Part shown: one piece after another, positions 46,151-58,723 of the stretch
Layout of the letters: every line of letters begins with the position of its first letter
Numbering within the stretch: position 1 is the first letter of the stretch
Assembly: GCA_008632985.1 (NCBI GenBank)
Contig: QPGO01000008.1
Coordinates: 724,979 to 788,978, forward strand
Length of the DNA stretch: 64,000 bases
Reading direction: 5' to 3'
Source: Psammoneis japonica
Taxonomy: Eukaryota
Program-made: the position numbers and the translations under genes
The notes under the pieces: model-generated
The model's input: the letters and a program-made list of their open reading frames with translations, nothing else
What the model was told of the DNA's origin: nothing
Database searches by the model: none

Positions 46151-46272
46151 TCTCGGCGAAAATTGCCGTTTACTGCTTAGAAACTTACTAATTTTGATCT
46201 CGCATTCCCTCTCCGATGCATCCTCTTTTTTGTCCAAATGCCGCCTCGTTTCGTCACTAGATGGAAGGCTGT

Positions 46273-47787
46273 CTACACAATGCCCTTTTCATATATAGGC
46301 GACCCACTCTCTAAGAATCGATGGAAGCCGAAGCGACGCAAATTCAACGTTTGAAAGGTCCCATGCTCTAAAAGCTCAGACGACGCCCGTCCAGCGGCGG
46401 GACTCTGTTGAAGCCCGTGACCGGTGAAGCCATTGCACATGAGAACGTTTTGCATTTCTGGATGGAAATCAATAATTGCATTTTCTTGGAATACCCAACA
46501 TGGAGATGAACATTAGACAGAATGCTTCATGACAACCAGAGGAGAAGATCCATGATAATACTTACGGTCCACTGTATTGAATTCGTACAGTCCTGCCCAA
46601 CTAGACTTTACTTTGATTTCGCCAAAAGCTGGAACTCGATGATTCAAAGCAGGCCAAATGATTTCTTCAAAGAGATTGTGATCGACACTTTCCATTTCAA
46701 ATTGGTCGTGACAATCAACATCGACATGAGGCTTGGGAGAAACGCCACAAAGAAAGCGACCACTGTCTTGTCGTCCCTCAGAACGAAAGTACACCAGAGA
46801 TGACGGATCAACCGTAAGAGGAGCAATTGAAGGCACTATCTTGTCACGTGAAGCGCAATGAAAAAAGAAAATACACCGTTTTCGCGGTTTCACGGGTAGA
46901 GGATGTCGGAGAGGTTGATCAGGTCCAGCCAACAATGTCATTACCAATTCAGCTCGTGCGCCAGCGGCATTAACAACAAAATCGACACTATACTGCTGCA
47001 TCTGTTTTGAGCTGTCCGCCAGGAGCTGGACGCCAACGGATGTAACACGGCCTCCTTGGTCACGTTCGCTACAAGTTGGTTCGCCGTGGACATATTGAAC
47101 CCCCATTTCCTTGTTCTTGTCCCTCAAGCCTTTGACAAAAACCCACGGATCGAACCATCCTTCTCCTTTTTCGCCATACGAGCCCAACAGAATATCCTCC
47201 GTGGTAAGCCATGGAAACTTATCCGCAAGTTCGAGAGGGCTCAGCAATCTGATGTCCTTGCACCCCATTTCGTGTTGGAGCGAGTTGTTTTCTCGCATTT
47301 GACGGACGCCCTCCTCCGTCGATGCCAAGAAAAGGTATCCATGCTCCTGAAATTGTACATCCACAGCGTCTTCATTGCTACAACTCAGTAGCGTTTTTGC
47401 ATTTCGCAAAAAGTCTCGTCCATAGAGTGACATTTGAATGTTTTCCTTCAGAGAGAACTGTTGTCGAATGCCACCGGCCGACAACGTACAGGACGCCCGT
47501 GAATAAGTTGGATCGCGTTCTACGACGACTACTCCACGCCCATCGTTACCGCGAGCTTTGGCCAAGTGAAATGCGGTTGAGGATCCAATAGGTCCTCCCC
47601 CGACGATGAGTGTGTTGGTGCTTATGGTGCGGGTATTCAGATGGAGTGCGGTGTTGGTGCTTATCCGTGCTCTCTGCAATGGCCAAAAGCCGTTTACTCG
47701 AAAAGCTTTACCAACAGTTCGAATAGGCTTATGAAGCAGCTGTTTGGGGAAATAATAAGCATGGCTTCGCTTTAGGTGGTGTGCCAT
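46273..47787 (-). CDS. FOXRED1: FAD-dependent oxidoreductase, FOXRED1-like; 2 exons (47787-46566, 46484-46273)
   Basis: IVGGGPIG, LSAGGIRQQFSLKENI, EGWFDP and GFTGHGLQQSPA. Intron 46485-46565 restores DQNAIIDFHP. Confidence 0.9.
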
Positions 47788-48014
47788 CAGTCTCCGCTCA
47801 ACTACATGAACATGGTCGATGTGAACTGATCGTCAAATTCCAAAATGTCAAATCGATCGATCAAATCGAATCGCGCGCACGACAGCACGCACGCACGTAC
47901 AGTAGAGCTGACGTCATCATAGAATGCGCGAACGAACGCACGAACTCTGGCTGAACGCGCAACGGAGCAACGAGGAAAAAAACGAAGAAAGCGACGATCT
48001 GAATTGATTCGACC

Positions 48015-48416
48015 ATGACAGCGGCGCCGCTCCCTCTCTTCCGCTCCCTCCTTCGAGAGGCAAAAAGAGTGAATGATTATAATTTCAGATCTTATGCTGT
48101 TCGACGAGTAAAATTGGGCTTTGAAGAGAGTCGCAATCTCCAAGGGTACGTCCGTGGTCGAAAACGTGAAGGACGAATTGTGAACTTTCATGTTTCACTA
48201 TTGTAATTTTCTCAGGGGACATTACTAGTTTGTGCTGCCGTTCTACTGTCGAAAATGTGCTAACTCGTCCCTTTGTTCATGTTCGTTTTACTTGGATATC
48301 TTTATAGGGAAGAAGCGGCCGCCGCACTGGAGAACGGAGAGCAACAGCTTGCCATGCTCAAGAGACAAGCAACTCTCGGACAGATGTATCCAAGCGGACG
48401 GAGTGTTATGGAGTAG
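48015..48416 (+). CDS. LYRM4: LYR-motif protein 4 (ISD11); 2 exons (48015-48145, 48308-48416)
   Basis: LFRSLLRE...DYNFRSYAVRR...F, then LKRQATLGQMY after a GT-AG intron. Confidence 0.9.
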
Positions 48417-48669
48417 CAACGAAAGATTGCGTAACTCGTAATTATGGAGAACGACGCGAAGAGAAGGGGGGGTTAATTCTTTCTTTGAAAGAGTTGGCTT
48501 GTTGTAATGTTGCAAGTCTTGACAATGCTGTAGACCACCTAGATAGACTCGGGATCAATTAAACTCAGGTTTTAGATGATTCAAAGGTCATGAAATGCAG
48601 TAGTTAGGTCCAATAATACCGTAGACTGGCTATGTTGAATCATCCCAATCGTTCCCCTACTTTACAAGT

Positions 48670-49119
48670 TTACCTCTTGAAAATATCCTTGGTCTCCTCC
48701 AGATCCTTCCGAAATCGTTTCTGCTGTCTCCTCTTTCGTTCCCTTTGCAATCCTTCCAATCCTCCATGCCTTTCCCTTGCCCGCTTCCGGATTTCACTTC
48801 GATCATACAACTTCATGGGAGTCCAGCTCTTGTGACGAGGGTTTATCTTTTCTTCATAAGCACAAACGGCCAGAGTACCCTCGGGCAAGCAATACATTTG
48901 CATTGCTTCGCTTTTAGATACATGGTCCGATGCACCTATTTCAAAGTCTTCTAGCACAACGTGTGCTTCCTTTCCACCACCCTTTCCGTCCTTCTCCGCC
49001 TTTCCTTCCTCGCGCTTCTTGGCTTCATTCTGTAGTTTCTCTTGATGCTGCTTCTTGAGTTCCAACGCCCTCTTCCTATTCCTTTCGATCAGCTTCTTCT
49101 CCTCCTCCGTGAGCGCCAT
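48670..49119 (-). CDS. XPA C-terminal domain-like protein
   Basis: IERNRKRALE N-terminal motif. SKSEAMQMYCL...NPRHKSWTPMKLY...HGGLEGL. XPA zinc finger not seen. Confidence 0.8.
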   Translation of the reverse strand: MALTEEEKKLIERNRKRALELKKQHQEKLQNEAKKREEGKAEKDGKGGGKEAHVVLEDFEIGASDHVSKSEAMQMYCLPEGTLAVCAYEEKINPRHKSWTPMKLYDRSEIRKRARERHGGLEGLQRERKRRQQKRFRKDLEETKDIFKR

Positions 49120-49634
49120 CCTATTGCTGTGTTAGCGCCTTGTTGTTCTTATCTGACCCCGAGAAAAACACGTAGGCCACTCGTACCGCAGCAAAGTAGG
49201 CTCCGAGTTTAGCAAAGAAAAAGATATTCGTCTTTAGTTGGGAATATCCGCCAGAAGAACCGCCTGAGCTACCACCTGGATTCAAAACAAACATGAGAGA
49301 GAGAGAGAGAAGGAGAGAGAGTGCGTTCGTAACAGTGTCGTTGTGTGTAGGGCCCTATTTATTGCTTGTTCTTGCTGTGTTGTGTGTTGTGTCGTTGTTG
49401 GTTGTTGGATGTTGAATGCGGCGCCGTAACGTGACGGCGTACGGACGACGACCGCTGTGACCACACACGATCGCGCGAAACGCGCACACGCAACGGAAAG
49501 GATGCTATATATGTAAACTAATAAATATAATGTATGACGTCACACAATTCAAAAAATCTCGCATGACGAGCGCGCCATCTTCTTCAAACCGTCAGATTTT
49601 TTGCTCGAGCAAACGGTGATTTTTGGTTTTCGCC

Positions 49635-52076
49635 ATGACGACAACGACATCAGCGACGGACGGCTTGGCTGAAGAGTCGTTGCGAGGTACCAAGATGGAA
49701 GAAGCTCTGGCTCATCTACAACCTATTCGAGATCTAGCGAAGAATTGGGACATTGACATTGCACACTTGTAAGTCGATTTGTTTGCATCAAAACCACGGC
49801 ACATCCAGACATACCGCATACCGATGCCTTCCTATGAAGTTCACTGATGCTGCTGTTGTGTTTTACGCTTCTATAGTTTGGAGGACTGTCTCGAAGAGCT
49901 GATCGGTGACTTTGAGGGCTCTGACGAAATTCAACTAGGCAATAACTCCGATGGACCACCACCGAACTTTACTCAAGCGGCACTGCTCTTACAGAATTCA
50001 TCTCATGTGTACAGTCGCAAGGTGGAATACCTCCACTCTCTCGTCTACACGGCTCTCAACGAACTCATTTCGTCCTCTGGTCAGAAGCAGAAAAAGTCCA
50101 ACCGTACCGGTACGCTGGACGCTTCCGTCGAAGAGTTTTTGGACTTTGACCCCAATTCAGAATTCCTCTTGCTAGATGATGTTCTTCCGACAGATAACTC
50201 GGTCGGAGGGAATAAGATCAATCTCAGCGAAGAAGAAATGGGCTTTGCGGACACTTCGCCTCTAACTTATCTTCCTGATGGTCATACAAATGACACTACG
50301 ACGCGCCTCTCATTGGGAGGATTGTCTGTGACTCGGTTAGACCGAAGCTCGTTGGCATCAACTCTTGGCGACCATACGACACCGGCCAATCGTGCTGCAC
50401 TTATGGGGTCAATCTTAAACGATGGATCCGACACGGGAGGTGGAAACCTGCGCCTTTTGAGTGGTCGATGTGATTTAAATGAAAATGGTGTCCTTCTTCT
50501 GCCAGGTGCAGGACTTGTAGGAAGCACCAAGGCACGAACCAGTCTTCCTGATGCTGATGACAACGATGCTTCTTTTGCAGACAATACCGGCGTTGACCAT
50601 CAGGATGATGATCCACTTCCATTCGATAATGACAATGACGGCGATGACCATGAAAACGATGGTGCGGGATTTGATTTCGCAGCAGGCGACGACGCGACTG
50701 AACACGTTGAAAGTATGGATGAGGGATCAACCACCGTTCGCCTAGCGGGTGGTCGGCGAAATGCTCCCGAGCCTGAACGGCCGGATCCATGGAAACTACT
50801 AGATCCACATGATCCTGGCACCTCTAAGCCTCGTCCCATCCGTATCGGTACCACCTACCGCCTTCCCGAGGGCTTCGACGAACCTCCTTCACAATCCGTC
50901 ACGGGTGCAAGTACGAAGCGACGAGCAAACCTTTCCTCTGTATACCAGCAGCAACCACGCAATCTACCGGAACGAATCTGTATTGCGTCCCAAACATTTG
51001 AGTCGGTCATGGCGCACCGCAGAAGAGTGGCTGCGGGTATCGATGGAGAGAAGGACGATCGAGATTCTCCTGTTGTTCCGTTGAAAGGATTAGTATTCGG
51101 TGAGGAGTTTGCATACATCGCAAAGGCGCAGGCCAAGCGAAAGGCTACCGAGAGACGCGAGCGTCGTAAGCTGTTAGCTACCAACCCAGAATCTGTTCCA
51201 ACGCACGAAGCAGATGCTCTTCTAGGCCTCGATGACAATGCAGGTCTGGGCGATATGGATGACGATTTTGGAGGCGACGACAACGACCATGACTTTGGAG
51301 GTTTTGACGACGACGGTGGCGATGTTGTGGGTAATGCGGGGATTTCCAACATAGACGCTGCATTTTCCAGTGTTCCGGATGGTGATGGACTAGGTTTGTA
51401 AATTGCGGCTTTCTCGTTGAAAAGACTCGTTTGACTTCCCCGGGCTTACAACATGTTTCACTTCATCAACCTTCTTGTAGACAATTCAAATGTTGATGTA
51501 GAAACCTTCGAGGCACTCTGCAGGGCACACATTCAAGCATTTGTCAAAGGCGCTGAGAAATATGCCGCGGAGACGAATCTGTCCAAGCGAGTAGGAAGCT
51601 GGCAACAACGGCTGGCGCCTATTCTCGAGGAAGAAGAGCAGAGACCGGTCTTTGACATCCAGAAATATGGGAACCAGATAATCGTCGATATGGAACAGGA
51701 GATTTCTAAAGCAAAGCTACAAGGAAAACTTTCGTCGTCACAGCAGGTAAGAACCGTTCTATCTATTTTGAGTTTCGGCATCTATATGTGTACTTGGTAT
51801 GACTTTATTTGGGAAGCTGACACCGGTATTTCAATCGCTCTTTCGTAGGATGCAAACACTGTTGATTTCCGTACCATCACAAAGAACTGTGAGCAATATG
51901 AAGTGTGTCGAATATTCGTGGTCTCGTTGATGCTTTCCAACTCAGGAAACGTTGTTCTGGATCACGACGGCGATGCGGATCAACTGCGCCTCGAGCTAGT
52001 CAACTCTAGTGTCGACTCCCCGATGGAAACTTATCTGGCGCCAAGCGCCATGGAGGAAGCTGCCGTTGCCTCCTGA
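49635..52076 (+). CDS. NCAPH2: Condensin II kleisin subunit H2; 4 exons (49635-49768, 49877-51393, 51481-51746, 51849-52076)
   Basis: LQPIRDLAKNWDIDIA, NFTQAALLLQNSSHVYSRKVEYL, WKLLDPH, FDIQKYG and VCRIF..SLMLSN.GNV. Three in-frame GT-AG introns. Confidence 0.92.
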
Positions 52077-52292
52077 GTAGCCGTTGCTTTGGGGTGGGGG
52101 GTTATCATTTTATATTTATGGGGTAATAAGTAATAAGCAGAGGAGGGTGTGTGCTTTGAATCCAGTGCGACTTAGGAAAGCTATGTTATGTGGATATCGT
52201 AGGGTAATGTTGCGTAACATCATTGAACATTGGAAATATCGACCGATCTCTACTCCGCCATTGGATATTATATACTCGTGTACCAAAAGACT

Positions 52293-53822
52293 CTAATTTA
52301 TGAAGAATTCGTCTGTCTCTGGGTTTGAATGGATGGTGCTTCCGTCTGCATCTCTGTATTTATGCCACGTATCTTTCAAGATAGTCCTGTCACGTCTTTT
52401 AGTTTTTTTGTCAGAATCATCGGCGGAACTAGGATCATCTTCCGTCCCCCCCTCTCTTATCTCTGCATGATGCTCAAATGCTTCAACTTGACTCTGCAGC
52501 TCCTGTACTTGTCTCATCAAGCCTTTAATTTGATTATTGATATCGTTCTCCGAGTGTTTCACAGGCTTTCGTGTTTGTCTCTTTCGTCTGAGCACTGCAT
52601 TACTACTTGACGTCTGGGACGTGTCTGAAAAAGCTCGATAGGTACGAGGCACTTTTGCGTTTTGAATTTTCTCCGCATTGCACACCTGGCATATTCGATG
52701 TTTGGCTTTAGGTCCGACGTCTTGCATATGGCGTATTTCTTCACTAGACAACAGACATCCGCATTTTGAACACCTTATTCCGCCATTAGCTTGCTTGGAC
52801 GCGTCTTGCTCCTCCAGAATATTGTCTTCAAAGTCTTGTATTTCTTGATCCAGTTGAGAGAGCAATTTTGCTTGGCGTTCTCGATACTTGGCTCCCCGTC
52901 GCCATTGCATCGCTTTTAGCTTAGCCTCCCGATCGCTTGTAAGCGCTTTGCGAAACACCTCACTCTGTTGCAAATACCCCTCTTCCCCTTCAAACACCTT
53001 TTTGTGGAGTTCTTCCGATGTTGAGGTGGCATTGAATCGAGGTTGCTTCATGAGATCCTCTATTGTTGGATTTTTATTGGCAGGGGTGGAATACATGGAG
53101 TCTGGAACATTCGGCGAAGGCTCCAACAGCCTTTCTGTCAAGCGTTTGTAGTCATTTGTTTTGGAGGCTTGCGGAATGCTGAGAGATCCATCCGGATTCA
53201 ACCAATCACGACTATGAAGGTAATCATCCGTGTCAAGAAACACGCCATCGCTGTCCACCTGAAACCCATCCGAAAGCTCCGCGGAGGAGCCCTGATTACC
53301 GGCGACTGTGTTGTACTTGAATTCATGTTCGACAGCTTTTTTCACATTTACGTCATTATTGAAATTTTCTATTGAATGCTCTTGTTCTGGTAGAAGGTTC
53401 CGCTTTGACATACTGATGAGCTGTTGCTGTGCTTCGAAAGAAGAAAAATCTTCCAAGTCGGGTACTGAAACTCTGTCCAGAGATCCTGACTCGTCATCCC
53501 CTTGAATCGATGCACTCTGAAGCAAGTCCTGAACTGCATTTTGTATCCTAGCCTGACTTTCTATCATATTGTTTTCGTCATCATCGTCCTGGGATCTTTT
53601 GGCGTTAAAAACGCAAAATGGCAATGAACATTGTCGAAAGATACCAACGTCTCTGAAGCAACGTGCTGCTGGAATCAGGCCTCGTATTCTCTGTGTTTGA
53701 AGCGTAAACGAAACCACAAACAATACTCTTGTATTCAAGCAAGCCAATAGAATCAAAATCGAGATCGTTGACACCAAACGAAAGATACTACGTTGCACAC
53801 TTGCGGCTCCAAGGCCCGTCAT
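52293..53822 (-). CDS. Uncharacterised protein with a signal peptide, CxxC-CxxC pair, coiled coil and WW-like C-terminus
   Basis: 509-aa ORF. Hydrophobic N-terminus ending VVSF (possible plastid bipartite signal). CSKC...CQVC. Confidence 0.65.
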   Translation of the reverse strand: MTGLGAASVQRSIFRLVSTISILILLACLNTRVLFVVSFTLQTQRIRGLIPAARCFRDVGIFRQCSLPFCVFNAKRSQDDDDENNMIESQARIQNAVQDLLQSASIQGDDESGSLDRVSVPDLEDFSSFEAQQQLISMSKRNLLPEQEHSIENFNNDVNVKKAVEHEFKYNTVAGNQGSSAELSDGFQVDSDGVFLDTDDYLHSRDWLNPDGSLSIPQASKTNDYKRLTERLLEPSPNVPDSMYSTPANKNPTIEDLMKQPRFNATSTSEELHKKVFEGEEGYLQQSEVFRKALTSDREAKLKAMQWRRGAKYRERQAKLLSQLDQEIQDFEDNILEEQDASKQANGGIRCSKCGCLLSSEEIRHMQDVGPKAKHRICQVCNAEKIQNAKVPRTYRAFSDTSQTSSSNAVLRRKRQTRKPVKHSENDINNQIKGLMRQVQELQSQVEAFEHHAEIREGGTEDDPSSADDSDKKTKRRDRTILKDTWHKYRDADGSTIHSNPETDEFFIN

Positions 53823-54178
53823 CGTGTCCCCTGATTTTCAGCCTGTTCGCTATAGCCATTTCTGGGGCGCGCGCTGTCGCGCGTAGGCCATTCTTCCGTC
53901 AATGACGTGGACGACCAATCAAAACGCAGAAATCGATTTTGGCATCCCCGGACCATCAAGTTGGAACGTTGCGGTTCTGTTGATTGTTGGCTCAACACGG
54001 GCTTCTCAAATCGATGCCTTCCTTCGTCATCTCTGTCGTGCTTGACATCTTGATGGCATTCGCTTTCTGCAAACAAGATCAACAAAGCATAGAGAAGTAG
54101 GACAACATCAGTCTGCATTCAGAAAAATTGATTTTATTCCGTCGATACCTGAAATGATTTGTGAATGTCACATAAAAG

Positions 54179-56725
54179 ATGATGGATACTGTTCAAGCAC
54201 AATATGAAGAAGCACTTCCGACGCTGTCGCCACCAAGAGCAATCCAACGAATCTCTCTCCTCTGCGGGTATATGTTGCTTGTAGGGTGCCTCTTTATGGC
54301 TGCAGGCTTCCAGCAGAATGACAGTGGCAACACGGTTTGGGAAGAGTTGAAACATACTGCACAGCCTCATTCATCTGTAGAAAAGGATAGCTACAAGGAC
54401 GGACGAGTCAGAACGTACGTCACGACGTGGCACGAAGAAGAAAACAATACTGACACAAAAGAGTGGGATCGGTTAGGGAAGTGGTGGAAGGAGGGACAAA
54501 AGCAAAGCCATGGCCGTGTCAGACCTGAGGTACAAGAGGAGGTGCCAGGATCGTTTCCGGTTCTGAAGCGAAATCCTTTAAATACGGCGCCGTTAGCAAC
54601 TTTAGAGGCGACTAATAATTCCAGCCACTCACAAGGGAAGACTAACATTCAGATTTACGGATGGGTTCCAGAGCTGTATCCCATGTACACGGATCTTCCA
54701 CATTGTGGGATTTCATATCTGCCCGATAGCGTCAAGAGTGACAATGACTTGAGGTTGTGCGATCCTGATTGGGTGCTTGGAGAATATTGGCTGGAGCAAA
54801 TAGCAATGTCCTTGAAGAATTTCTCAGACACCTATGGTGTGGAAGCATATAAAGCACGGATCCAACAAAATAGACAATGGGATGTCGTGGTGGTGCCTCA
54901 GCCAGACGAAAGATCCTCTGACCCACCACAATCCAAAGATGCGACAACTTTGACTCCTCCTTCCAATCGCTCTGGCAAGGACAGTCACGAAGGAAATTCC
55001 TCGAGATACTTACGCACGACGGCAGAAGAAAGGCACAAAGGAAATGAAAATTCTTATGGTTTATCAGGAATGACCACCGTATTCCAGCAATCCATTATTG
55101 AGGTAGCAAAACATTTCCAAGGAAGAAATATCAAGTTGGAGAAAGTTGATGGGACCACAGCCGCGTCGTCACTTCAGATAGCTCATGGTGCATCAGCGCT
55201 AACCGACGCTTTCTTTGTCATCCCACCCGTGCAGCTTGGGGTTGCTACTGTGCGCAAGGTGAGTTACTACTTCTAGCTTGCACAATCCTATACTGTTTCA
55301 TTAGAATGTGTTTTGATTGGACCTGCTCACTCGAATATCTTTTATTTCAAGATGAACTTGCCGGGTGTGTTGAGTGAAGGGACGTATTATACCTACGAAG
55401 ACGAGGATGACATGGTCAATGATGCAGCCCAGTTATTTGCTCGTAGTTTGCACGATGCGTGGTGGGAAATGACAACGCCGTGCGCTCCATTGGACCAGGA
55501 TGATGTGGAATGTTTCCGAGGACGAGAGTATGGTATTTTAATCTTCTTGTCAGTTCAAGATCGCGTTTGCTTTATTTCAACCGGAGCAGGAATCGCCTCC
55601 GTGCTACCATGGTGGAGGTTGGAACATATTGTTTCCAACATGAAACCCGATTTACGGCACGGTGCATACGGAGATGCCCTCTTGAGAGCGGTGGACGATT
55701 TGTCTATCATGCTGCAAGAAGGCCCACCCACCGTGTCGGATCGTTTGCGTGACTTCATCTATCGGTTTGGTGTTGTCATTGCCTTTGCCGTCTTTACTTT
55801 CTTCTTTGGAGCGTGGGGAGAACTACGCGATCGAAGAAAACGATGTCAATATGCCGAAACAAGAAGTCGACTTAACAAGGCAGAACGAGAAAAGGCTCGG
55901 ATGCTGCAACGTGATTTTCATACAAGTACCTGCCCTATCTGCCTTGAAACCTTTCCTGTCTGGAGTGACAAAACCGATGACGAACAAACACAAGACACGG
56001 TAGATGACGTGCACGGAGGCGCATTGGTGGGTGAAGGAAAGGAAGTTAATCAGAGCAAATCAATGAGACGTGTCGACAGTTATGGCATTCCCGTGCTTGG
56101 CAATGATGGACTACCGGTCAAAATGCTACGGTGTGGCCATATTTTCGATGAGTCGTGCTGGAAATGCTGGGTCAACTCGGGCCACGGCAATCCCTGCAAC
56201 TGTCCTGTATGTAGACAAGATGTAGGGAAGTCTTCTACTAGTGCCACTGGAAGCTTGTCAAGAACAACGACGTCGAGAAGACGACATCGACAAGGCCAAC
56301 AGGCGGAAGATCAAAGTCCTTTCGCTCCACTTCAGAACCGTCGACGTCGACGTTCATTGATGGCGGCATACTACAATCAGGATGGCGTGCCAATACCGAC
56401 ATCCATGCATCCGAATTACGACTCTGTATCGCAATCCCGCAATGCCCATGTGTCCGTCGAAGCACCCCCCTTGTCTTATTCGCCCTCCCTCGATGACCGG
56501 GACGAAGTTACAGAGGATGGGGGAGAGCCACAGTCGTCATATCCTTTGTGGAGCTTCTTAGACCGAAGAAGAGCAGCGCGTCGCGAGGCATCACCCTTTT
56601 TCGGCGTTGCCACGCGCAGCAACTCTGATGGAGTGCGAGAAACGGACAGCCTGTTGGTTCGAGATTCCTCTCACAGCAGTAGCCGCCTTCTCATCAATGA
56701 CGATAGTGACAATGATTTTTCTTAA
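54179..56725 (+). CDS. TPM/MOLO-1-like domain membrane protein with a C-terminal RING finger; 2 exons (54179-55258, 55352-56725)
   Basis: [28 protein letters not shown] helix and CPIC...CGHIF..C..CW...CPVCR. In-frame intron 55259-55351. Confidence 0.8.
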
Positions 56726-56938
56726 ACGAATTGCCAAGCAGCACCTTTGGACTAATGGAGATCAAATCGATTTATCCCGGTTAATGCTAACGAAGTAAAG
56801 TGATAATAAAGCATAATGAATCTTTAGAATAGTCTAAACTTGAGTACGAATCGCACTTTTGTCTCATACCGCCAGCGTGCCCTGCTAACAATAGAGAAAT
56901 CTCTAGAAATCTTTTGTGAGAGTGTCTTTTTCCTCCTT

Positions 56939-58118
56939 TCACCTCCCTCGCATGTCAAAGAAAAACGGATGTTCCAAGGCATCCTGAGCAGTGATCCGCC
57001 GAGCAGGATCGTATTGTAGCATTTTCGAAAGCAGATCAACTCCATTCTGATCCAAGGTCGGTACCAAACTGGCAAGCCCAGCACGCGGCGGCGGGTAAGG
57101 CGGCAGATCAGGCGTGTACTCTGGCAAGTCTACAATCCCTGGGTAAGCTGCTACCGTGGGTGTACCAAGTAAGCGAAATATACGATCCAGCTGGTCTCCC
57201 TCGGATGTGCCAGCGACAAGCGGTCTGGGCAGCAATGTGAGCAGATGACCTTGAAATAGTTCAACAATAGGTTGACATACATCTTGTCATGATTAAACAC
57301 ACCTCCCGTTTGCCATTTCTGCAAAGATACACCCCACACTCCAGATATCCACTGGAGTGCTGTACTTTCGGCTCCCCATGAGAACATCTGGAGCTCGATA
57401 CCACAAGGTAACGACTTCGTGAGTGTAGGATCTGACTGGAATTCCAAACGCTCGTGCCAAACCAAAGTCGGCAAGCTTCAGTTGTCCCTCTCTATTGATA
57501 ACTGTTGTAAATGTGAGGATTAGGAGAATTCGACAGGAATGGTATGAGAATCGAAACGAGCAGCAAGCAAGACACATCATCGAAGCTCAAGCTTCACGAG
57601 AAGCGAGTCAGAAAGCAAAAAACTCACGAAGATTCTGCAGGTATGAAAAAGAAAAACAAAGCAGCAGTAGAAATTTAGAAAAAGATGAAAAACTAGCAAT
57701 AAAAAGTCAGAACGACTTGGATACTTACAGGTGGTTTCAAGTCACGATGCAACACCCTGTGATGGTGACAATACGCTACCCCAGTCAAAAGCTGGAAGAG
57801 GAACGACTTGAGAATAGGTAAATCCAATCCAGAGTCGCAAACATCCAAGTACTTCTTCAAGTCTTGATCTAGAAACTCAAAAACCAGCGTCAACTTGCGC
57901 TCTGTATGGACTACATCGTAGAGACGCACAATATTTGGGTGCTGCAATTCTTTGAGAAGCGATATTTCTCGAATGGCGGTCGACGGTATGCCCTCGTCCT
58001 CGGCTTCCAATCTGATCTTTTTCAGAGCAATTACTTCCCCAGTAACGCGGTCCTTTGCTTTGTAAACAACACCATAGGTACCCTCCCCAATCTTTTCCAT
58101 CTTCTGATATCGTTCCAT
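56939..58118 (-). CDS. CDKA1: PSTAIRE cyclin-dependent kinase; 4 exons (58118-57729, 57634-57628, 57501-57303, 57224-56939)
   Basis: [30 protein letters not shown] and VVTLWYRAP. Three GT-AG introns, including a 7-nt micro-exon. Confidence 0.95.
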
Positions 58119-58723
58119 GTTTGGTTAGTAGCAAAATTTAGCTTGCAACTCAACTGTGACACGAAAATGTGGGTGGCTCCAGATGTCACGCCACTTATCA
58201 AAAAAAGATTTGCGTCTTGTTGCTTATCACGTCTATAGTAGGGCCTACAGTACCGACAACCGCAACTTGTTAGGAATAAAGCTGAGGATAAGCCTTGCGC
58301 ACAAGTCCCGTCACTTCTTGTTTAGCGACGGTTCATTCTTCGTCGCAAACAGCGAGAGGCGAGAGAACGCTCGCTTTGCCTTGATCGTGATCGGGCGGAT
58401 GGATATCTTGTGAACCGTTGAATTTCAAAAATGGCGTGCAGGCGTGAGTTCGTACGATCATACTAATGTAACATGTAGAAATGATAAAAAGAATCAGAGG
58501 CAGGATTTCCACGAAGCGTCTGACCCCCATCCTGAATCCGCCTCCCTCCGCCCGACCTGCTTTTCCCGAATTTTCTGCTTTCATACATGTTCTACCGTAG
58601 GGCCCTACCGGCATCATATCCGGCATTGCTCTCTTCAATCGAACCCAGACCCACTTTGAGACGGACACCAGGTCGTTCTGAAGCAGCAAGTTCATACTTT
58701 ACGCTTCAAAAGCAAGCATCAAG

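Noticed and set aside
49295..49321. GA microsatellite (also the poly-C run at 37480-37494)
   Set aside because: Ordinary simple repeats.
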